From contig AP026131.1 in assembly GCA_030295235.1 (NCBI GenBank), positions 1,054,001 to 1,118,000 on the forward strand: 64,000 nt of DNA, written 5' to 3'. This document shows, piece after piece, positions 13,081-23,691 of this stretch; within the stretch, counting starts at the first letter, position 1, and each line of letters begins with the position of its first letter. The notes below the pieces were generated by a model. The model was not told where the DNA came from, did no database searches, and saw nothing but the letters and a program-made list of their open reading frames with translations. Source of the DNA: Fistulifera solaris (Eukaryota). Made by a program: the position numbers and the translations under genes.

Positions 13081-15111
13081 CCATTCGGGTCAAATGAGTT
13101 TCTAAGTACTCTTTAGGTCTATACTCTTTGCCGTCACGTAAAAGCACGTAGAAAACCATGAAATGCCGATCGCAGCAAGATTAAATAAAGCTCTTCAAAC
13201 CATTCATTTGATTGTTACTCGTTGTCATTCTCTTCGTCGCTTGCTTCGTCATTCTCATTTTCGTTGTTGTTCTCTTGATCTTCGTCGTTTGTGTCGTTGT
13301 GGGCGTTCAGCAAATCGTCAATCGTTGGGTCTCTGAAGAGTTTGCCTCGTTCCGACTCGACCAGATTGTTGCCGCCTTTGTCGTCCACAATCAATTTCAA
13401 AACACGCCGCAATCGCTTCCACACGTTTAGAAATGCTTGAGGTGAAAGATGGTGCTCCCATGCCTCTTCAATTGATCGTGCAAGCGCATCGCAATCGGGT
13501 CGTTTTCCGTGATGAACCTTTTCGACCTTGTTTTGAATGCTCATCCAGACTCCGAGATCAAGCATGTTTGTTTCGGGCGACCGAGGAACTTGCCAGACAA
13601 TCTCAACGTTGTATTCGCTCTCCAATTTTCGTCTGTATTCTTCTTTGGCTAGCTGTGTTCCGTGTCCTCCTGCGTTATCCATCACCAGATAAATTTTCTC
13701 GTTCTTGTCCACCCAGTGAAATTTTTCTCGAAGTGCTTGACCGACTTGGTGCATAATGCTCAGCATGAAGGAAGAATCACAGGAAATGTCCACCTCGACT
13801 TTATGCCCTGCCGGGTAATAGCAACGAACTTCAAGCTCTTTGATGTCGAAGTCACACAGCTGATCATCCTCGTCTAAAGGTCTCTTTGTGACTGTGTTGC
13901 GAAATTGCAGGACTGCAGCCACTTCGTCGCGAAGCTCATAGAAATCGGAAAGTGCATCGAAAAACTCGCCCACTGTCATATCACCGCAGATGTCTTTCAA
14001 ATCATTGTAAAGGGCTCTCCAAGAGCCGTTCTTGATCTCGTTGTTGATCGAAATGCTGTCGTGAAACTTGTAACTTGGTGTTGCTCGGCTGTACTCTTTC
14101 TCTTTACTAACCCTTTTCATAAAGACTCTTCCGTCAAAATCTTTCGACTTCCTGGGCCTTGCAACAACGCCAAGGTGATTTTGTCGTCCGATTGACGAAC
14201 GTAGCGCGGAACCCTTTCGAATGCAAGCGCCAGTGCATATGTGATGGCGTTTTCGATCTCATCTTCTCTCGATAATGGCACAGCAAAGATTTCTTGTTCT
14301 TGTTCTTGTTCAAGAACAGCGTTAGCTAGTAAGTGCAGATTTTCTTGTTCATTTGCTGGGCGTACATGCTCGATTTGGTGTTCGCGGAGTACGTCTGAAG
14401 CAAGGCGGCATTTTTGCGGAGCTTGTCATCGGTCATCCCGGGAGGTCCCGGAGCTAACTCAGAAGCAACCATACGGGCACATTCCTTGACCTTAGAATAC
14501 AAAGGTTGCCCAACACAAAAGTAGAAAGCCTGCTTGCTGTGTGGTGGACGATAGGTGGAAATATGAATTTTCTTTCGTCCCATCTTGTCCACGAGTGTAT
14601 CAAGCGCTTCTTTCATCACAAAAAGTTTTTCGTCTCCCAAAACCACTTTCTTCTCCAAAATTTTGACATAAATCAATAAAGGACATATGTTCTCCCAATC
14701 GACTGAAGTTGCGTAGGAAATATCATCTTTTTATTGTTTTCTGGCAATAATCGCCACCAGATACCGGGAGTGGCATGACGAAACAATGCCACGACAACCG
14801 ACCAAATATCTTCGCACTCCGGGGCTCTGCTTGTGTTGTTTTGCACCGATCTATCACTCCTTCGTCGCTTGTTTGAATGGTGCAAAACAACACAAGCTCG
14901 CCCAGAATTGATTTCACTGCTGCGTCGTCGAGTCGCCATGGTCGGATGCATTTTTTGCGCGATAATGTCGTGAAGAAAAAATGTGTTCAGTGGGAAAGGC
15001 AAGGTGTCGCTTCAAACGGTATACGATTTCTGTCGTAGAAACACACTTATGTATATAGTAATCGTGTCCTATATATTTTATAGTACTCAGAAACTCATTT
15101 GACCCGAATGG
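13081..15111 (-). mobile_element. IS630-Tc1-mariner superfamily DNA transposon, DD39D (plant-mariner-like) type
   Basis: 30 bp TIRs (CCATTCGGGTCAAATGAGTTTCT[A/G]AGTACT at 13081-13110 and 15082-15111, 1 mismatch). TA on both sides (13079-13080, 15112-15113). Encodes MDNAGGHG...QVPRSPETNMLDLG with 39 residues between the two Asp. Confidence 0.95.
13215..14939 (-). pseudogene. DD39D transposase ORF, interrupted by three frameshifts or internally deleted
   Basis: LGVVARPR...FDGRVF and the second and third catalytic Asp lie in frame with ORF 13215-14120. The upstream ORFs 14673-15002 and 14326-14676 can be joined by single-A additions in A-runs. No canonical first-Asp motif (xIDEKWF) at the expected position. 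Confidence 0.75.
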
Positions 15112-15274
15112 TATTCCTTATTAGGTTAGGTCTTTCGTGCAGAGCATTTTGCTTTTTTTTTTTTTACGGAGTATTGGAAAAGACAATACAGTAATTATTA
15201 GACTTCATCGCTACTTTGAATGCCATACTAGAGATTACGGTACTCGGGGACGATCTACAGAATGAAGTTGGGTA

Positions 15275-15593
15275 CCGTTGACCGTTATAATCTACAAATC
15301 AGTATACTAATGGACAATGGAAAACTGGTTTGAAGTTTGAAGTACTTTATGACTTGATGATGGTTTCCAGAATGATTTCACTGAACGGAAACCGTTATAA
15401 CCAACACTAAACATTATACAAATTCGCAACGGACTTTCCGTACTAGGTACCCGGAGTATGCTTTTTGTTTACTTTTTGTTGTTGTTTGCTTGCTTTGTTT
15501 TGCGTTTTGTTTTTTCGTGTTTTCCTTTTTTCGAACTTGATGCGCCACCAAGTTCGTGATCAGTTGCCGCCGTTGATACAGTCATTGTAACGG
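15275..15593. promoter_or_regulatory. Cluster of seven AACGG/CCGTT (MSA-like) motifs upstream of the Rab gene
   Basis: CCGTT at 15275, 15282, 15392 and 15570; AACGG at 15384, 15428 and 15589. Confidence 0.5.
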
Positions 15594-15639
15594 AATCCAA
15601 TAAAACGAATAAAACCCTTAATTTGTGAATTGCAAAGAC

Positions 15640-16578
15640 ATGCCTCACGTCGAGCTACCTCAGGCAGAATTCAAGGTACGTTTTCGATCTACGTAGCGAT
15701 GAGATGTATCTAAGATCCCTGTACCTCATTTTTAATGATAGGTCGTCTTACTTGGTGATACAAATACTGGTAAAACGTCGTTGGTTCTACGTTTCGTGGA
15801 AGGAAGCTACCGTGAACTTGGCAGTCAAGCGACAATCGGCGCCCACTTTTTGACGAAGCGAATTACCGTCCAGCAGCACATTCCTTGCAAGCTCTTACTG
15901 TGGGACACAGCAGGTCAACACCAGTTCTCAAAACTGGCGAAAACATATTATCAGCAAGCGGCTGCTGCGATTTTGACGTACGATGTGAGTCAGCCGCAGT
16001 CATTACATCGTCTGAGACTATGGTTAGATGAAGTGCAGCAGAATACTCAGGGTCAAAGAATGGTAATAGCGATTGCGGCTTGTAAGAGTGACTTGGACCC
16101 GTCTTTACACGCTCCCGGACTGAAAGAAGAAGCTGAAAAGCTTGCTCAATCTGTGGACGCTATTCATATTGTTACTTCCGCGAGGACGAACGAAGGAGTG
16201 CACGACCTTTTCCAAACTGTTGCCGAAAATGTCTGGAAGTGGCACCAAGAAACGTGTTCGAGCGGAGGCTTACCGATTCCAGTGCACGAAGGAGGAGGAC
16301 CCATGATGATGACCCGAAAGAAACACGCACGAAGTACTTCTCCGCCTTCGCGGGATGTTTCTCCTGTGCGGTCGGCGTCTCCCCCGCTTTACAAATATAA
16401 AGGCCCGTCACCAAAGCCAAACTCTAAAGCCCCTGACGACAGTACAGATGATGAGGTTCGTGATGACGTGCGGCTTAATAACCAACAATTCAAGAAGAAA
16501 AGTCACGAGAATATCATGTGCACAGAAGCTTTGTTCAGCTGTACAGATGATCCAAAACAAGGATGCGTGATAAGTTGA
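15640..16578 (+). CDS. Divergent Rab-family small GTPase (Rab5/21/22-like) with long C-terminal tail
   Basis: Exon 1 is 15640-15675; intron 15676-15741. G1 GDTNTGKTS, G2 TIGAHF, G3 WDTAGQ, G4 ACKSD, G5 TSAR; C-terminal CVIS. Confidence 0.9.
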
Positions 16579-17306
16579 ATTTATCCGTGCGACCTTGTTT
16601 GTGCACGGTTGTCTAGTTGAATGGGTAGCTGCTCAAACGAGGGGGCAAACCGATTTCGAGAATGTTGTCATCGAACTGACACTTCGCCATGCCATCATGA
16701 ATGATAGGGAATAGCTACGGCATTTTTTCGACGCTCTTCCGGTGCGCAAAAGAATGGTGGTTCATCAGTCTGTCAAGTTCTATAAGGTTGAGCATCAAGA
16801 GTAACCTTACAAGCTTGCTAACAACATCTCATGTCTCATGTTCGTACTCAGGTCAAAGTCAAAGATCTAAGCAATCTAAGATGCAAGATGCAAGGCAAGA
16901 TCTAAGATGCTATTTTCGGCGTTAATTGGCCTTGCAGGTTTTTAAAGCGTTTTTCTACTATGAAGATTATAGTGCTGGACATTCGACTAATTAATGATGT
17001 AGCGGTAAGACATCCGATCCGTACCTTATGTAAAGTAAGGTTACTGTAAAAACTCCGCCAACAGCGACGTACTTCGGGTCATTTTTGTCGCGCCTTTTTG
17101 TCGAAAATGACCCCATGAACTGGACGACAAAAGACAAAAGGGAGACGACCATCGCAAACATCGGAATAATGCAGCTCACCTCTGCAATTGAGAAGAAGGG
17201 AGTTTAACAAATCGTCTCTCATTCAAAGACAGATACTAACCCCACCGGACTAAGCTGCGTGATGATTGAAGATGTATTTCCTCTTCCATACCGCGTCTTG
17301 GAGGAG

Positions 17307-20300
17307 ATGGCCGTGGAGAACACGACAGTTTCCAAATTAGAATGTGGCGACATTAACGTTTCATGGTAAGAGAGAGTAGTCTTTGCCGAGAAGATGCTAC
17401 ATGTGCAATAGTCTGATTCATTTTCTTCTGCTACAAAATCCACAGGCAACCAATTTATTTCGCCTTGTTTTTGACCTTCCTTCAGGCATCCATTTTTTTA
17501 ACGATCTTTGAATGGGGGCGTCGGAACAAGTACGTTGAATCGGTGTACGACAAACGACGGTCAAAGTATCCTACCCGGACACCGGCTCCACTTATGAAAG
17601 AAAGAGGATGTAGAATAAGACTTTTTCAGCTTGAGTGGTGGAAAATTCATATTACCGATGAAGATTATCAAAAGCAATGTTGGGATGAATTTCGACGACT
17701 AAAGATGGAAGCCGAGTCGAAGAACTGGGATATATCGCGACAAGGATTGGCAGGAGAAGAATGTGACCCTTTCATCACCGCCGCCGAGAACCAGTGCTAT
17801 CGTGAATCCCCATTCTTCTCCATATTGAATGATTTAGAGTCGCAGAAGTTCGGATACGGCGATGCTCCGCCGACGAGGTACGAAAATGACTATTCGGATT
17901 ACAACGGAGAAGCCGTAAACAACAACTACGACTATGACTTCGACTATGGATACGACAACAACAGCGAAGAGAGCTCGCAGGAGTCCAAAAAGGGATCAGC
18001 GAGCTACAATACATTGCAATACCAACAGAATTATGACGCCGACCCAGATTCACAATCAGGACCGCAAAACAACACGCAGCTTACTGAGATGTCAACAGGG
18101 TCAACTGGATCAGAGTGCGATGACGATCTCCATAACAACGGATATGAGTATGGCAATTGGGAATTGGAAGCTCCTCATGTTGAGTCAGCGCCTAGCTATG
18201 AGATCGATGTCTCGCAGTCCAGTTTTCAACAAGCCGTAGAAACAATCGACGAGCCCACCACCATCGACGACTCAAGCCGCAACTCGCAGAAAGACTCGCT
18301 GCAAAAGGAAAGTGATCTTAGTACGGATAACGTCATTCCTTCGCTCGATGATATTTTGGGAAACGTTAGGTCGACACCTCGCCGTGCACCACAAACAGAT
18401 ACATCGCAAAATTACTCGGTACCTGCAGAAGCAACTAGTGATGTTGTTTTACCACCACCGGATACCTCGGCAATAGGAACTGATGATAACCAGAGGGAAC
18501 TTCATGAGCTAGTTCGTCCTCGCACTCGGACATTGAGCCACGAAGAAAGGATAGCAGAACAAATGAGATTAGCGGAAGAAATTCGTCGTGTAGATGAAAA
18601 GCTCGAGATGCTTAGGAGGAAAAAGAGAGAAAGGGAAGAGACGGAAGCGAAGCAACGACAAACGATTGGCTTAATATCTGATGATGGCGCTCATATCAAA
18701 GAGTCACAACAGTTAGCTCCTGGGAATGATGTTATCGATGGACACGCGAGATCACTAAGCGACGAAAATGTCCCATCGGGAGATAGGGACACCGAGGCAA
18801 AAAGGCAAGAGAGTACTCCCGATCGGGTGATAGAGGATGGCATGATGAAAGGCGACTTTCTTCGACCGGAAGGGATTCATTTCTCTGACCACGATCGTGA
18901 TATAGAACCTGAGCAGTCGCAAACTCAAGTTGGGGAACATTTTGATGCATCAGAAAGACATACTGACTCTCCCGTTGACCCATTGCTTGGCTCTCAAGCA
19001 GGAGTCAACGAAGCTACAGACAAGCGCTGGTCTTCTATGATTTATGATTTCAATACAGAAGCTGCCAGAAGAGACAATGGCAGGAGTGAATCAAATGTTT
19101 CCATTCCAGATGCTGAGATTGATTATGGGTACGAAACAGCGGAACTCGTAGCGGACGAACATGACTATGGCTACGGTGCCGACAATCTAAGCGAGAAAGC
19201 AGACGAGGATGACTACGGATACGACGTCGAAAGTGATCCTGGAAGACCACAGGTTTCTTTAGTTCCGATGAAAGAAGGCGAACAGACGTCAAATCTTAAT
19301 CGAATACGACGCCATACGGGTTCATCGACTGGCATTTCCGATCCACCGGGAGATATCCTCCGGTCTCAATCGCGACACGGACGTGCTCAAAGGGTGACTG
19401 TGGTTAAGAACGACACGGTTAATGACCTCGTGCCTAACCGACGCTCGTCGGGCCAGTATGCACCTAATCGACGAAATACACAAGGGACCTCGCCCCAAAA
19501 AGAAATGGGCCCTACTTGCGGCAGTCGAAAGTCAATGCCAAGAAGGATTTCAAGCAGTGTGGGAAATTTTTTGAAGCGTCGAGTGCTCATGATCGAAGAC
19601 GATATGAGCGATAGTGAATGCGATGAAAACAAAGGAGCTAGCGCGTATGTTGCATCCAAAGTGTCCAGGCGCCGGCTTTCGGAAGAGGACCAGGAACTAC
19701 TACGCTGTGTCGGACTTGACTCGTTTGTCACCCTTCGCTTCCTTAAGTTCGGGTTTGACGTCGCGTTCTGGCCTATGGTTGTTTCTCTTTTACGCTGATT
19801 CCTTTGTACAAGACAGGGGAAGAAACTTGTATCGGCTTTTTTTACGACAACTGTAGTCAACGTCGAAAAGGGCAGCTGGCGTTTTTGGTTCGTCTTATTG
19901 TTTGGTTATATTCAGATACTCTACATCTTGCGTCGCTTATGGATCGAATGGGAAGTTTTCCTACCTTTACGGTACGAGTTTCTCGAGAACGGGGATTTTG
20001 AGAAAGAGAAATACAAAGAGCAGTATAGGAAGACTTGTATGATCGAATACATCCCAAGGGCTCAAAAGACAGATCAAACGCTTTACGATTTCTTCGACGC
20101 TATTTTTCCTGGCCAAGTACAGCGAGCTGAAGTTCTCTTGAATACCGAATATCTGACTGACTTGATCAAGAGTCGCAGTAACCATATTGTAAAGTATGAG
20201 GAAATCTACGCGGGGAAGGTACATCGTAGAGCCGCTTTCCTCCGTCAAATAGCGGCGTATCAAGCCGGGGAAAAGGTGAGAGGATGCTGCCGGTCTCTGA

Positions 20301-22501
20301 AAAGATTGAAACCTCCCGTAGAACCACCAGAACCCACAATTTATGTCCGGGAAAACCCTCATAGCCCAAGTAAAAAGGTCGCTGCACTAAAATGGCATTA
20401 CGAGTAAGTTCGTGACCGGGATTGAAATGCTATTATTCTCTTTTACTGACCTTGCTCTGATTTTCCAGAAATATAACGAGATTGAACAGAGAAATAGAAA
20501 CGGAATATTTGCGACTCGCCCACGCTCAGAAAAAGACCTGTTGTGCAGAATCAGGAATCCCGGCTTGCGAAATGGCTCGGAATAAAATACCTTACTGGCT
20601 CTGACACTGGTCGCTTACATTCGAGTACAGCTTTCGTGGAGTTCAAGACGATGGCAGCAAAGCAGCACGCCGTCCAATGCAACATAACGGGGATGAATAA
20701 CTGCATGGTGGTTACCCCAGTTCCGGAAGTCCGGGATCTTATCTGGGACAACATGCATGTTTCGCGAGCACTGATCAATACCCGAAAATCTTGGGCAAAT
20801 TTTGTGCTGACTGGATGTCTTGGTACGTACATCTTGGATTGATCTTTTGCGTCGTCAAAGTTCGTGCTCTCACTCTTTAATTTTCCAGTTCTATGGTCCA
20901 TTATTGTGTCAACGATACGAAATTTCAACGAACTGAGCAAGTACCTAGATACTGCCATCACCAATGATCCTGCAGTTGTTTCGTTTCTTGACTTCTACGC
21001 ACCCGCTTTGATCGTCGAGGGACTCGTTCGAGCCATACCAAATATCATGAAAGTTGGCGTGCTAGCCGTCCGCTTCAAGGCGCGAAGTGAAAGAGATCAT
21101 TATGTTCTGGGATGGTACTTTTACTTTCGCCTCATCACATTCGTGTTTATTATCGCTAGTGATTCGATCGTGAAATCCAGTACAAGTTTTGTCGAGGATC
21201 CCATTGATTTTTTTTGAAGATTTATCCAAGAATGTGGCTCTCAACTCTCAGTTCTTTATTACGTACGGTAAGTTACATCAGCACACCGGGTTCGGTTGTG
21301 TTGCGTCACACAACAACGCAAGCTCACATCTTTGATCATGACCCAGTCATCGTTTCTGGAGGCGTACAAGTATTCTTTCGGCTTTCACAGTGGCATAACC
21401 TAGCACTGCATTGGCTGTTGACCAATGTAAAGCGAGAAGAGGCATTGCCGCAGCGGAGACTAGACGCTTTGAAGACCAGCATGAAAGTAAGTCGGCTCTG
21501 AGTATCGTTATTCATCGGACAATCCTTTGCTCATCTATCGATTACACAGACGTTTCACTTGGATGAATTTATCCCTTTATTCATCTTCGTTTTCATGGTG
21601 GCGACCCTTTACGGTGCGATAGCTCCGTTGTCGGGCTTGTTTGTTGCTCTTTTCTTTCGAGTTGCATTCAAAGTGTTCAAGTTTATGACTCTCTATATTT
21701 ACGGTGGACAATATGAAGGAGGCGGATTTCTTTTCTACACCATCTCCAAAATTGTTTTCTACGTGCTTTACATGATCATCACGGTTATTGCAGCATATCT
21801 TACTGTCAATGGAAGTGGAGCTATTGGTGCACTGTACATTCTACTTCTGGTTTTCGTATTTGCTGTCCAGAGAGACGTCAAGCATACCTTTGTTGTTCCG
21901 TCAAGGATGCTATCTCTTACCAAAGCCCGTGCATTTGACGAGAATCAAGACAAACGATCTTGGAAAGAAAAAAGCTAAAGAAGCCTTCCTAAAAGCGAAG
22001 AAAGTTTTTGAGAAAGCAGAAAAAGACGAGAAAGAATTGGGGCACTCAGATCATTACGACCCGAGAGCGGAAAATCTAATGCGACCTCTAATCGGACGAA
22101 GCAACAGTACTGACTCCTTGAGCTCGGGATTTTCTCAACACGAGCCGACGAGCGCACCTCGCCGAGGTCGCAAGAGGGGCGGTTTTGTTGAAACACAATC
22201 TGACGAGGGAGGGTCTGCGGTAATAGATGCCGTGGAGCTATTCAATAAGCGATACACTGATGAGAATGCGTTCGACACGGAAGATGAAGACGGCAATCCC
22301 AAAGCAGCTCCAGGAACCGACTTTTTCATTTATCGTCAACCTACCTTGAATAAAACTACATGGGAAACACAACCCAAGGCCTATCGCGACGGTCTTGAAC
22401 GTGACGAGGCACCGGAAGTATGGGGTGATAAGCGACCAGAACAAGTTCGACACACGGCACGAGCTCGCCGTGCATCGATTGCTATGTGCTATGGTGGTTA
22501 A
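17307..22501 (+). CDS. OSCA/TMEM63/CSC1 family mechanosensitive Ca2+-permeable channel with a very large N-terminal loop insertion
   Basis: First TM helix, then GLDSFVTLRFL, AFVEFKT, PEVRDLIWDN, APL, QYEGGG and terminal YRQP motifs. Several introns (e.g. 17366-17445, ~20404-20468) and homopolymer frameshifts (~19790, 19840, 20532, 21212, 21970). Confidence 0.88.
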
Positions 22502-22528
22502 ATTTGTACTTTTATTATCCATTAACTT

Positions 22529-23380
22529 TTACGTCGGAAAAATTAGATGCTCGGAACTTGAACTCATTGTTATGCAAACCAATATCTCACGTAAGATACA
22601 GAATGACGATGATATATTAAAAAGATCATAGACCTCTTCATCCATTTGGGTAGCACGATCGATAAAAATTCTCGCTTGCTTCTCGTTATTCAAAGCTTTC
22701 GCCGCTTCCGCCGACGTGCGCACGTGCTTTGCCCGTATCATTTTTGCCATTGCCGCCATGCTTCGATTCAGGCTTTCGAGTGCGGCGAGCTGAGCGGTTT
22801 CTCGCTCTCGTCGAGCACGGTGTTTGGCTTCTTCCAGAGCCAACCGGCGGGCCTTCTTGTACACCATGGGGCGAGGAATATCATGAAAGGAACACATGTT
22901 CGAATTGGGATTGAAAAAATCACCAGCAAACTCGGGTAATACTTTCAGGATTTTATCAGCAAGGAATCACCCAGTCCAGATTGGCTGTTTCCATTACCTT
23001 ATTTTCTCTTTTGTATCGAGTGAGGGCTCATTGTTTGCGGTCCTCCGGACTCTCATAGAAACTGGGCACGGTGCGCGAGAGAAAATTTCGAAAGAAAGGC
23101 ACAATCGTTTTGAAGGCGTGTTTGTAGCGATGTTTGACGCAACGTTGAGTGAATTGAGACCCGGCTTTGGGGTTGTTTGTTTCCTGTCGGTACAAACGAA
23201 GAAAACCCAAAAGTAGACCCGTTGTATCAGCACATCTTTGTCGGAGTCTTTTTCTGCGTCTTCCAAGACAGAAACAGGCGCATTGCTCAATAAAATGTTT
23301 TCCTGGAGAGCGAAGTTCGCCATGGTCACGTAGGGCTTGTCAATGAAAGCCGAAAGCCGAAAGCCATTTGTCATTGTCAT
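22529..23380 (-). CDS. Hypothetical protein (frame break near 22970-23000)
   Basis: Two consecutive same-strand ORFs, with a helical/coiled C-terminal part. No recognised domain. Confidence 0.4.
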
Positions 23381-23691
23381 TATTCATCGTCATTTTTTTC
23401 GAATGAAACCGATCTTATTCGTGACTTAAAGCCTTCCGCCAGTGTTGAAAAAGGTCAGCTACAATCAGGTCTATAGTAAAATGTACACTTCCTAGTAATA
23501 GCAACATGACGTCATCATTCTCAGACACCCTACAGGTATAAAGTAATTTTTCTGTCTTAGCGGCACCGCCGGATGCATGAAAAAAGCAAATAATGAGAAA
23601 CAAAGACGATGCAATAGAAATACTCCGTAATGCAGAGCAAAATCGGATAAAGATCTTTCAATCAGTAATATATTATATATTATAATTGTAA

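Noticed and set aside
14118..14951. Fanzor/TnpB cargo nuclease in the mariner element
   Set aside because: No RuvC motifs or CxxC zinc finger are visible, and the element has little room for one.
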